From: Bacteroidia bacterium
Lineage (GTDB): Bacteria > Bacteroidota > Bacteroidia > Flavobacteriales_E > Vicingaceae
Direction: 5' to 3'
Length of the DNA stretch: 64,000 nucleotides
NCBI GenBank assembly: GCA_030429925.1
Contig: JAUIGQ010000001.1
Span: forward strand, 418-64,417
In this document: in pieces, positions 9,415 to 17,591 of the stretch
Numbering within the stretch: position 1 is the first letter of the stretch
Layout: every line of letters starts with the position of its first letter
Notes under the pieces: generated by a model
Database searches by the model: none
Told to the model about the DNA's origin: nothing
What the model saw: only the letters and a program-made list of their open reading frames with translations
Program-made: the position numbers and the translations under genes

Positions 9415-9792
9415 ATGGCAGAAAAAGACAGGTACAGTGATGCCGAGCTAGAAGAATTTAGAGATTTGATCAACGGAAAGCTTGAAGAAGCAAAGAACGA
9501 CCTTGTGGGTTTGAGAAACTCATTGTCACATAAGGATGATCATGGAACAGATGATACTTCTCCTTCCTTTAAAATGATGGAAGATGGTTCTGAAACATTG
9601 AGCAGAGAAGAAATGTCTCAGCTAGCTGCCAGACAAGAAAAGTTCATTACTCACTTAGAGAATGCCTTAACTCGAATCAACAACAAGACTTATGGTCTTT
9701 GCAGAGTTACAGGAAAATTGATTCCAAAAGAAAGATTGAGAGCTGTTCCGCATGCAACACTTTCAATAGAAGCCAAGGAAGCTCAGAGTTAA
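9415..9792 (+). CDS. DksA/TraR family protein with a degenerate (Cys-depleted) zinc finger
   Basis: 125 aa with a coiled-coil N-terminal region. The C-terminal 'YGLCRVTGKLIPKERLRAVPHATLSIEAK' aligns to the DksA CxxC-x17-CxxC finger but keeps only one Cys. It sits between ileS and lspA. Confidence 0.7.
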   Translation: MAEKDRYSDAELEEFRDLINGKLEEAKNDLVGLRNSLSHKDDHGTDDTSPSFKMMEDGSETLSREEMSQLAARQEKFITHLENALTRINNKTYGLCRVTGKLIPKERLRAVPHATLSIEAKEAQS

Positions 9793-9797
9793 ATCCT

Positions 9798-10433
9798 ATG
9801 ACAGATCAACAGAAGGGGAAGGCGTTGAGATGGCTTTCCCTTTTCGTTATACTTTTTGTTCTCATAGTAGACCAAGCGAGTAAACTATGGGTAAAAACCC
9901 ATATGGAGATCTCTGAAGAGTTCTCCGTATTTGGAGATTGGTTCTACATACATTTTACTGAGAACAATGGAATGGCCTTCGGCATGGAGATAGCCGGCAA
10001 CTATGGTAAACTGATCTTGAGTGTATTCAGGTTATTAGCCGTCAGTCTGATCGGCTGGTATCTTTATAAACTTCCCTCAAAAGGTGCTTCAAGAGGCTTG
10101 ATCATCAGTGGCTCTCTCATCTTTGCCGGCGCCTTGGGGAACATACTGGATTCTGCCTTTTATGGCCTCCTCTTCAATGATAGCAATTATCAGATTGCCA
10201 CCTTTATGCCTGAAGAAGGGGGGTATGCTCCTTTCTTGTTCGGCAAAGTTGTAGACATGCTATACTTTCCCCTTTATGAAGGCTTTTTGCCCGAATACAT
10301 TCCTTTTTGGGGAGGAGAGTACTTTATTTTCTTCCGCCCTGTATTCAATATCGCAGATTCAGCAATAAGCTGCGGTGTTGTATCCGTTCTCCTATTTCAC
10401 AGGGGCTTCTTCAGCGATAAATCTGAAGACTAG
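9798..10433 (+). CDS. lspA: Lipoprotein signal peptidase (signal peptidase II)
   Basis: 'VDQASKLWV', 'FTENNGMAFG' and 'FNIADSAISCGV' contain the catalytic Asp motifs. The ileS-lspA linkage is conserved. The ATG at 9798 is preferred, because the 9699 start in the ORF track overlaps the dksA-like gene. Confidence 0.9.
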   Translation: MTDQQKGKALRWLSLFVILFVLIVDQASKLWVKTHMEISEEFSVFGDWFYIHFTENNGMAFGMEIAGNYGKLILSVFRLLAVSLIGWYLYKLPSKGASRGLIISGSLIFAGALGNILDSAFYGLLFNDSNYQIATFMPEEGGYAPFLFGKVVDMLYFPLYEGFLPEYIPFWGGEYFIFFRPVFNIADSAISCGVVSVLLFHRGFFSDKSED

Positions 10434-11815
10434 AACTTGATCTGAGTTCCGAATAGAATTCCCATATAAGAGATCCTTTCATTGAACTCCGCATCTTCCT
10501 TTGTAAGAGTATTAACGCTCTGTCGGTAGTAAGGAGTTAAGCTGAAAGAAGTCTTGATGCTGTGGAAGTATGTTACTCCTGCAGCTGCATGAACATTAAT
10601 GATCCCATTTTTCTTGTATGGATTTTCATCGCTGCTGAGATCGTAAACTTCACTTCTATCCTGGTCAGAGCTTATGGTGTGGTTGTCGTTAACAATGTTT
10701 TTAACCACATTGCTTCCACTTATTCTAAACTCAGCACCCGGTTCTGGCTGAGATGGGACCTTATTGGCGATCCTATCTTCAACTCTCTTCAAAATATACC
10801 CCTTGTAGTTGTTGTATACTTGAACACCCAGACCACCTTTTAAAAACCATCCCCACTTAGATTCTCTGTCTTGGTAACCGATTAAGAATGGAATTTCAAA
10901 GAAGTCGTATTGGTTAGAAAATCTGCGATCTCCATCAATTCTCACTTCCTCATAGATCTGAGTGAGTTGCAATCCTGTTTCGAAGAATTTGTTCTTTTTC
11001 AAGTCGTATTGGAAGCTAGCTCCCATGGTGTAAGCTAGTCTGGTATTTTCAGTCTTCAATCTCTTCTCCAAGAACTCAGTTTCCATATTGTATTTTGGAG
11101 TTAGGATCTTATTGATGAATTGCGGTCCAACATAGAACTGAACAGATAGTCTTTCCATAAAGCTTTTCTCCGGCGCAGCTTCCATAACATAATCCCATTT
11201 TCCTTCAGGAATCATTGGAGATTTCACTAGTTTGATACCATCCATTTCTCTAGGATACATCCCATTTAAATGATAGAATCTGATTGCAGAAGCGGCTTTT
11301 GCGGTTCCCCATCCATCCATCTCTTCTACAAGGATTCCAAGTCTGCTATCGCCAAAGTTTGGTATTCCAAATCCCATACTTGAGTTAGAAGCAAGGAGGT
11401 CAGAACCGTTTGTAAGTGGATTTTCTTCTTCAATTTCCTCCGGAATATATGGAGCAAGTTCAATGGCTTTTAATGGATCTATGGTATGATCTTCAAAATC
11501 ATATGCTCTATTTACAACTTGGCCAGTGTTGTTCTCAGAAATTTCTTTTGTATTAGATGTAGTAAGAAGGATATCTTCTGCATGTGGTAGGTTTTCTTCT
11601 CCTTGGCTCATCAGCAGAGCAGAAGTGCCACCTGCCATGGCTAGTAATAATAGAGTTCCTATGATCCTCCAACTAGAGGAGATCTTGTTTGCAACGATGT
11701 GACCAAAAGTGCGTTCAGCTTGAATATTGTTCCAAACTGAATCAGGAGGAGTAACCGTCTGATCTCTCAGTCGGTCTCTAAAGATTTGGTCAAACTCTTG
11801 ATATCGATCAGACAT
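10430..11815 (-). CDS. ECF-sigma-associated membrane protein with an anti-sigma-like N-terminus, one TM helix and a C-terminal outer-membrane beta-barrel-like domain
   Basis: N-terminus 'FDQIFRDRLRDQTVTPPDSVWNNIQ', then the TM segment 'IIGTLLLLAMAGGTSALLM'. The C-terminal roughly 230 aa show an alternating amphipathic strand pattern ending in '...GILFGTQIKF', an aromatic terminal residue as in OMPs. An 8-nt overlap with the upstream sigma gene suggests translational coupling. Confidence 0.5.
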   Translation of the reverse strand: MSDRYQEFDQIFRDRLRDQTVTPPDSVWNNIQAERTFGHIVANKISSSWRIIGTLLLLAMAGGTSALLMSQGEENLPHAEDILLTTSNTKEISENNTGQVVNRAYDFEDHTIDPLKAIELAPYIPEEIEEENPLTNGSDLLASNSSMGFGIPNFGDSRLGILVEEMDGWGTAKAASAIRFYHLNGMYPREMDGIKLVKSPMIPEGKWDYVMEAAPEKSFMERLSVQFYVGPQFINKILTPKYNMETEFLEKRLKTENTRLAYTMGASFQYDLKKNKFFETGLQLTQIYEEVRIDGDRRFSNQYDFFEIPFLIGYQDRESKWGWFLKGGLGVQVYNNYKGYILKRVEDRIANKVPSQPEPGAEFRISGSNVVKNIVNDNHTISSDQDRSEVYDLSSDENPYKKNGIINVHAAAGVTYFHSIKTSFSLTPYYRQSVNTLTKEDAEFNERISYMGILFGTQIKF

Positions 11816-12347
11816 GCTTACTAATTTTTTGTTCGGTCAATAACTTCTGCATCCATTTCCTAGATTTGGCCAATTGAGACCTAGAGGTGCTTTCCGTTAT
11901 CTTCAACATTTCGCCAATTTCTTTATGGCTGTATCCCTCAATCACATATAAATTGAATACCACTCGGTATCCATCCGGTAGCTTTTGGATCAAAGCCAAT
12001 AGTTCCATCTCACTTAACCTGCTAACAGCTTTGGAGTCCACTACTTTATCTTGGTAATCTTCTATTCCAATGTTCTCCTGCTTAAAACTTGATTTTCTGC
12101 AATAGTTCAGAGAGGTATTCACCATTATTCTCCTGATCCATCCCTCAAATGATCCATTTGATTTGAATTGAGATAGATTGTCAAATACCTTTATGAATCC
12201 ATCTTGTAACATATCTTGAGCTTCTAACTCATGTCTTGCATATCGCAGGCAAACGAAGTACATCTTGGACGCATAGAGCTCATAAAGCCTCTTTTGAGCT
12301 GCTTTATTCTCATCAATACAAGCTTGTATGAGCTGCTTTTCTTTCAT
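11808..12347 (-). CDS. RNA polymerase sigma-70 factor, ECF subfamily
   Basis: 179 aa. Region 2 'DMLQDGFIKVF...FEGWIRRIMVN' and region 4 'GYSHKEIGEMLKITESTSRSQLAKSRKWM'. Confidence 0.9.
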   Translation of the reverse strand: MKEKQLIQACIDENKAAQKRLYELYASKMYFVCLRYARHELEAQDMLQDGFIKVFDNLSQFKSNGSFEGWIRRIMVNTSLNYCRKSSFKQENIGIEDYQDKVVDSKAVSRLSEMELLALIQKLPDGYRVVFNLYVIEGYSHKEIGEMLKITESTSRSQLAKSRKWMQKLLTEQKISKHV

Positions 12348-12445
12348 TGGCAGAAAAAAAGATCGTTCCTTCCCAATACACTAGACTGTGTATATGGGAA
12401 AAACGTCTACTGTCTTCCAATAAATTTACGAGAAAATATGCTAAG

Positions 12446-13438
12446 CTATTGAATGAGATCTTTTTGGGTCATCAATTCAGCGATCTGAATGGCATTTGTA
12501 GCTGCACCTTTTCTAAGATTATCCGCAACGATCCATAAGTTCAAACTGTTGGGTGCAGTATCATCTCTTCTAATCCTTCCAACAAAAACCTCATCTTTTT
12601 GATGCGCTTCTAATGGCATCGGATATTGAAGATTTGAAGGATCATCCTGAAGGATCACACCAGGAGTTGAAGATAATATCTCTTTAACCCCTGAGATATT
12701 AAAATCATTCTCAAAGGTGATGTTGACAGATTCTGAATGACCCCCTACTACAGGAACTCTAACGGCAGTTGCACTTACTTTTAGTTCCGGTTCAGAAAGG
12801 ATCTTGCGACTTTCTCTCAGCAACTTCATCTCCTCCTTTGTATAGTCGTTGTCTTCAAAAACATCGCATTGAGGTAAACAATTTTGATAGATAGGATAAG
12901 GGTAGGCCTTATCACCTTCAATTCCATCCCTTTCATTTTCATATTGCTGAACAGCCTTTACACCTGTGCCTGTCATTGACTGATAGGTTGAGATGATCAT
13001 TCTGGCAATACCATATTTTCTATGCAAAGGCGCTACGGCCATGAGCAGTTGTATGGTTGAGCAATTTGGATTGGCGATCAGCTTGTCAGAATCATCCAAT
13101 AAGTTTCCATTGATCTCGGGAATAACCAATTTATATCGGTCATCCATTCTCCAAGCTGAAGAATTATCGATCACCACTGAGCCGGCAGCTACAAATTTTG
13201 GAGCATACTCCCTGGATACATCTCCTCCAGCAGAAAAAAGGGCAACATCCGGAGCTGCTTTGATAGCATCTTCCATGCTAACTATGGAATAGTCTTTTCC
13301 TTTAAATGTCAGCTTGTTTCCAACTGACCTTTCAGAGGCAACCGGCAATAGCTCATCTACCGGAAAATTCCTTTTCTCCAATAGTTCCAACATCACCTGA
13401 CCAACCATTCCGCTTGCACCAACAACAGCTACTTTCAT
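12446..13438 (-). CDS. asd: Aspartate-semialdehyde dehydrogenase
   Basis: 'MKVAVVGASGMVGQ' Rossmann motif, active-site 'IANPNCSTIQ', and 'GHSESV'. 330 aa. Confidence 0.95.
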   Translation of the reverse strand: MKVAVVGASGMVGQVMLELLEKRNFPVDELLPVASERSVGNKLTFKGKDYSIVSMEDAIKAAPDVALFSAGGDVSREYAPKFVAAGSVVIDNSSAWRMDDRYKLVIPEINGNLLDDSDKLIANPNCSTIQLLMAVAPLHRKYGIARMIISTYQSMTGTGVKAVQQYENERDGIEGDKAYPYPIYQNCLPQCDVFEDNDYTKEEMKLLRESRKILSEPELKVSATAVRVPVVGGHSESVNITFENDFNISGVKEILSSTPGVILQDDPSNLQYPMPLEAHQKDEVFVGRIRRDDTAPNSLNLWIVADNLRKGAATNAIQIAELMTQKDLIQ

Positions 13439-13521
13439 ATTCTCCGCTTATTTCTTATCTTAAATAAAGATTTCCTGACAGCTGCAAAATTACTAAGTAT
13501 TCATGCGGAAAATCAGGAATT

Positions 13522-16119
13522 ATGTTTTTAAGATATAGCACTTTAGGACTTACCATCCTTCTCAATTTCAGTATCAGTTCTTCACAAGTACAATGGCAAG
13601 AGAGTTTCTCGAACCAAAACCTTAAGTATCCTAAATTATGGATAGGTGATACCTCAAGTTTCATGATCAATAGTCAAGCTGAGCTTCAGTTGAACGCTTC
13701 CTCATCCAATTCTCCAATCGGTTTGGGAACCACTTCTTCTATTGCCCTTAATGCAGAATGGGATTTTTATATCAAGCTAGATTTTTCTCCTTCCTCTTCC
13801 AATTTTGCAGAGATCTACCTCATGTCGGACAATGCCAACCCTAATCATTCACTGAATGCCTATTTTGTGAGAATCGGTGGGGTAAGTGGATCCTCTGATG
13901 CAGTAAGCCTTTATAAAAAAGAGAATGGGTCCAACACAAAGATCATTGAGGGAAGAGAAGGGGTTGCCGGAACTTCTACTGTTGAGATGAGGGTCAAGGT
14001 TAAGAGAGATAGTGTTTATCAATGGGAGCTTTTCACTGATACTTCTCTGCAGGGAAATTATATACTAGAAGGAAGCACAATAGATAGCAGCTTTCTTAGT
14101 AGCAACTACTTTGGCCTGAAATACACATTTACTTCTACCAGAGCTGATAAGTTCTATTTGGATGAAATAAGTGTCAGAGGAGAAATATATAGAGACAATC
14201 TGCCGATCAAATGGCATTCAATGGAGGTGCTGGACTCTAGTAAGCTATTGATCCGGTTTTCGGAAATACCCGCTCCTACTGAAACCCTTGACCCTTTGAA
14301 TTATAGAATACTTCAGAATAACAGAAATCCTGCTTCTATAGATTATATTATTGGTGATAGTGCCAGTGTTCTATTGGATTTCAACCAATCTTTTGCAAGA
14401 GGGAAAGAGCTGGGGCTGGAGATAAAGGAGATCAGGGATAAAAGTCAGAACAGAATGTCTCCGGATACTATATATTTCATCTTTTATCAGCTTGAAGAAG
14501 CAAGTCCTGAAGACATTGTCATTTCAGAATTTATGGCTGATCCAACCCCCGGAGTATCACTACCTGAGGTTGAGTTTATTGAGATTTACAACAGATCGAA
14601 CAAGTTTATCGATCTTTCTTCATGGCTTATTTCAGATAAGAGTGGAGGTGGATTTTTATCAAAGTATGTTTTATTCCCAGATTCCTATTTACTTCTTTGT
14701 GATCAAGAAGATTCTGTCTTATTTGATCTAGATGATCCGACCATGGGAATTGATTATTTCCCAACCCTCAACAACAGCTCAGATCAGATCAAACTCTTGA
14801 ATTCCAGGAGAGAGATAATCGACGAGATAGAATACGATCTAAGTTGGTATCATTCTGAGATCAAGTCAAATGGTGGATGGAGCATTGAGCTGATAAACCC
14901 TTATAAGAATTGCAGAGATATTTTTAATTATACAGCCTCTATTGATCCAAGTGGAGGAACCCCGGGAGCTGAAAACAGTGTTTATGATTCCCTCCTGGAT
15001 CTAGAAGCACCTGAATTGTTGAGGTATGAATTCCTATCTGACAGCCTACTCTACATAGAATTCAACGAAAGTATAGATAGCACCCAACTTGGACTTCTTG
15101 AGATCAGAATGGGCGGACTTCTTCTCACTAATATTGAAAGCAGAGGGAAGTCAAATGCCCTCTTTATAAGGTTGGAGGAACAAGCTGAAAGCGGCAAGTA
15201 CTTCTTCTTTGAAATGAAGAATCTCTTTGATTGTGAGGGGAACAGAATGAAGGATTTTAAGCAAGAATGGATCTTGCCGGCAATGATCAAAAAGGGTGAT
15301 GTAGTGATCAACGAGATCTTGTTCAACCCTCATACAGGAGGAAGTGATTATATAGAACTGCTGAATCTTTCAGACATGATCTTCAGTTTGGATGGATGCT
15401 CTATTTCAAATTTGGATACAACCAAAAAAGAGGGCATCAGTTTTCCGGATCATCTTTTTCATCCCGGGGAATTTTGGGTTGTGACAGAGGATAAGAGCTA
15501 TGTAATGAATTACTTCAATAACACATATTCTAACCGGATCCTTCAGTCAGATCTTCCATCTTTCAATGATGATAAAGGGAGTGCTCTTTTTTATAATTCC
15601 AAGGGGGAACTGATCGATCAGCTCAACTACAACGAAAACTTGCATTTTCAGCTTCTAATCAGCAATGAGGGGGTTAGTTTAGAACGGATAGACCCTTACT
15701 CAGAGGCCATTGAGACAAATCTTTACTCAGCGGCAGAAAGTGTTGGATTTGGGACACCTACCTATCAAAATTCTCAATATTCAGAGAGAGAGGGCCATCC
15801 TTCTAATTTTCAACTGAGAAAGGAAATATTTTCTCCTGATCATGATGGTTTTGATGACCTTTTATTTCTTGATTATCAGTTTAAGAAAGAAGGGTATACG
15901 GGAAGTATTAATGTTTTAGACTCCAAGGGAAGATTGGTGAAGAGGCTAGTGAACAATGAGCTTTTTGCAATGAAGGGGGAAGTAAGATGGGATGGGATGG
16001 ATGAAAATAACAGAAAAGCTCCCATTGGGATCTACTTGCTGATGATTGATGTTTTCCATATCTCAGGGGAGAGAGAAAAGGCCAAACTTGCATTTGTTTT
16101 GGCCGGAATGCTAGAGTGA
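13522..16119 (+). CDS. Secreted lamin-tail-domain (LTD) protein with a C-terminal FlgD-Ig-like domain
   Basis: Signal peptide. Two LTD signatures: 'IVISEFMADPTPG...VEFIEIYNRSNKFIDLSSWLISD' and 'VVINEILFNPHTGGSDYIELLNLS'. The C-terminal 'FSPDHDGFDDLLFLDY...VRWDGMDENNRKAPIGIYLL' resembles FlgD-Ig / CHU_C-type beta-sandwich domains. Confidence 0.7.
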   Translation: MFLRYSTLGLTILLNFSISSSQVQWQESFSNQNLKYPKLWIGDTSSFMINSQAELQLNASSSNSPIGLGTTSSIALNAEWDFYIKLDFSPSSSNFAEIYLMSDNANPNHSLNAYFVRIGGVSGSSDAVSLYKKENGSNTKIIEGREGVAGTSTVEMRVKVKRDSVYQWELFTDTSLQGNYILEGSTIDSSFLSSNYFGLKYTFTSTRADKFYLDEISVRGEIYRDNLPIKWHSMEVLDSSKLLIRFSEIPAPTETLDPLNYRILQNNRNPASIDYIIGDSASVLLDFNQSFARGKELGLEIKEIRDKSQNRMSPDTIYFIFYQLEEASPEDIVISEFMADPTPGVSLPEVEFIEIYNRSNKFIDLSSWLISDKSGGGFLSKYVLFPDSYLLLCDQEDSVLFDLDDPTMGIDYFPTLNNSSDQIKLLNSRREIIDEIEYDLSWYHSEIKSNGGWSIELINPYKNCRDIFNYTASIDPSGGTPGAENSVYDSLLDLEAPELLRYEFLSDSLLYIEFNESIDSTQLGLLEIRMGGLLLTNIESRGKSNALFIRLEEQAESGKYFFFEMKNLFDCEGNRMKDFKQEWILPAMIKKGDVVINEILFNPHTGGSDYIELLNLSDMIFSLDGCSISNLDTTKKEGISFPDHLFHPGEFWVVTEDKSYVMNYFNNTYSNRILQSDLPSFNDDKGSALFYNSKGELIDQLNYNENLHFQLLISNEGVSLERIDPYSEAIETNLYSAAESVGFGTPTYQNSQYSEREGHPSNFQLRKEIFSPDHDGFDDLLFLDYQFKKEGYTGSINVLDSKGRLVKRLVNNELFAMKGEVRWDGMDENNRKAPIGIYLLMIDVFHISGEREKAKLAFVLAGMLE

Positions 16120-16371
16120 GCCCGTTGGAAAACTTCTCATTGCAGCGAAGAAACCCATCACTTTCAAATGATGATGCCTCACATAATTCCCCTCTTGAAG
16201 AACTTCCATCATCACATATATAGCGGAGCTGTCCTTTTCCTTGAACCATGAATAATCTTGGTTTAACTGCTCTCCTAAAATAAGTCTGCGTGTTATCGAC
16301 TTGTTGAATTTTTTTTACAATAAGTCAAACAAAAGTTAGACAAGATGTGTTTCAGAATATATTTAAGAATT

Positions 16372-16959
16372 ATGATCATCGGAATTGATTTTGGAGCAAA
16401 GACAGCAGGGACTACTGTTATAGCTAGACTTTATGATTACAATAAGGTGGACTTCCACAGTTCTGCAAAGGGAGAAGACGCTGATCAATTCCTTTTCAAC
16501 TTCATCGATGCAAACCCGGACGTTTGGTTAGCTTATATTGATGCTCCTTTGTCTCTTCCAAAGATCTATAGGAACGGACTGGGTGAGGGAGATTATTTTT
16601 ATCGACAGGCCGACAGAAGCACTGGAGCTATGTCTCCAATGTTCTTAGGTGGGTTGACAGCAAGAGCTATGAAATTGAAGCCGGCTTTCAGACAAAGAGG
16701 GATTAAATTGGTTGAAACCTATCCTTCTAAACTGGCTGATGTGATCGGGCTAAAGGATAAGGGATATAAAAAATCGTCAGGTGATATCTCTGAATTCTGT
16801 GATGAGATCAAAGAGAGAAGTCTTTTTCAGTTTGATAATAAGGAAGTTAGGAATTGGCATTACTTTGATGCGCTTTTGTGCCTTTATTCAGCCAAGCGCT
16901 ATGAGATCCAGGCCGCTATGGTTTTTGGAGATGAAGAAGAAGGTACTATTACTGTTTAG
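16372..16959 (+). CDS. Hypothetical protein, DUF429-like predicted RNase H-fold
   Basis: 'MIIGIDFGAKTAGTT' (RNase H/actin-like first strand with Asp), 'AYIDAPLSLP' and 'HYFDALLCLYSA' resemble the DUF429 pattern. The ATG at 16372 is preferred to 16345. Confidence 0.4.
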   Translation: MIIGIDFGAKTAGTTVIARLYDYNKVDFHSSAKGEDADQFLFNFIDANPDVWLAYIDAPLSLPKIYRNGLGEGDYFYRQADRSTGAMSPMFLGGLTARAMKLKPAFRQRGIKLVETYPSKLADVIGLKDKGYKKSSGDISEFCDEIKERSLFQFDNKEVRNWHYFDALLCLYSAKRYEIQAAMVFGDEEEGTITV

Positions 16960-17419
16960 CCTTTGACCTCATGGCCTCTCTATAATATCTCCAAGGAACT
17001 ATCAGCATTCCAAAGCATTCTCCATCTTCTTTTCCCAAATGCTTATGATGTACTTTATGAGCTTTTCGTATTGCTCTTAAGTATGCATTGTCTGTTCGCT
17101 TGAACCAGTTCAATCTTTGATGGATGAAAACATCGTGAACAGTAAAATATGCAAGTCCATAGAAGAAAATACCCAGACCCATGGCCAATCCAAATTTAAA
17201 GATTCCTTCCGCCCACAAAAAGAAGAGCAGGGTACTGATCGCAGCATAGAAGAGAAAGAAAGTGTCGTTTCTTTCAAACCATCCTTTTTCAGGGGTATGA
17301 TGATCTCTATGCAACACCCATAAAAAGCCATGCATAACATACTTGTGAGTAAACCAAGCCATGAACTCCATAGTGGCGAAAGTTAGAATACCAACGAGTA
17401 TATGTAGGGCAATTTCCAT
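16949..17419 (-). CDS. crtZ: Beta-carotene 3-hydroxylase (fatty-acid hydroxylase superfamily)
   Basis: 156 aa. His boxes 'HRDHH', 'HDVFIHQR' and 'HKVHHKH' sit in a four-TM scaffold, matching the size and motif spacing of bacterial CrtZ. Confidence 0.8.
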   Translation of the reverse strand: MEIALHILVGILTFATMEFMAWFTHKYVMHGFLWVLHRDHHTPEKGWFERNDTFFLFYAAISTLLFFLWAEGIFKFGLAMGLGIFFYGLAYFTVHDVFIHQRLNWFKRTDNAYLRAIRKAHKVHHKHLGKEDGECFGMLIVPWRYYREAMRSKAKQ

Positions 17420-17439
17420 AGTACAAAGTTAATTCGATT

Positions 17440-17472
17440 ACCATAACAATCTACTTCTCGATTTGTTATGGT
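17440..17472. promoter_or_regulatory. Perfect 10-bp inverted repeat in the crtZ / membrane-protein divergent intergenic region
   Basis: ACCATAACAA (17440-17449), a 13-nt spacer, then TTGTTATGGT (17463-17472). The nearest arm lies about 20 nt upstream of the crtZ start codon. Confidence 0.4.
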
Positions 17473-17591
17473 CTATTTAAAATTCCTATTGCTTTGAATG
17501 CATAGATCGATCTTTGGAGATATTCAACCCATCAGGATCCATAAAAAAATTTACGCGACTATTTGAAATTCTCCTACTTTAGCCCCAAAGC

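Noticed and set aside
9699-9797. N-terminal extensions suggested by the ORF track. Examples are lspA from 9699, ridA from 4141, GH5 from 22460, TPR from 54851, GT2 from 20080, PSP1 from 32733 and the polytopic protein from 26461.
   Set aside because: The extensions overlap upstream genes or place junk sequence ahead of clean signal peptides or conserved N-termini. The internal starts listed in the features fit better.
12348-12445. Region upstream of the ECF sigma gene, checked for an autoregulated ECF promoter (GGAAC ... CGT). It also contains an ATACAC-n6-GTGTAT inverted repeat.
   Set aside because: A GGAAC lies only about 22 nt from the ATG, with no correctly spaced CGT-type -10 element. 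The inverted repeat has only 6-bp arms. The evidence is not strong enough to annotate.
15908-16249. 113-aa ORF on the - strand in and after the 3' end of the LTD gene.
   Set aside because: It overlaps the well-supported LTD gene by about 210 nt and has no motifs or signal peptide. I treat the remainder of 16120-16371 as non-coding.
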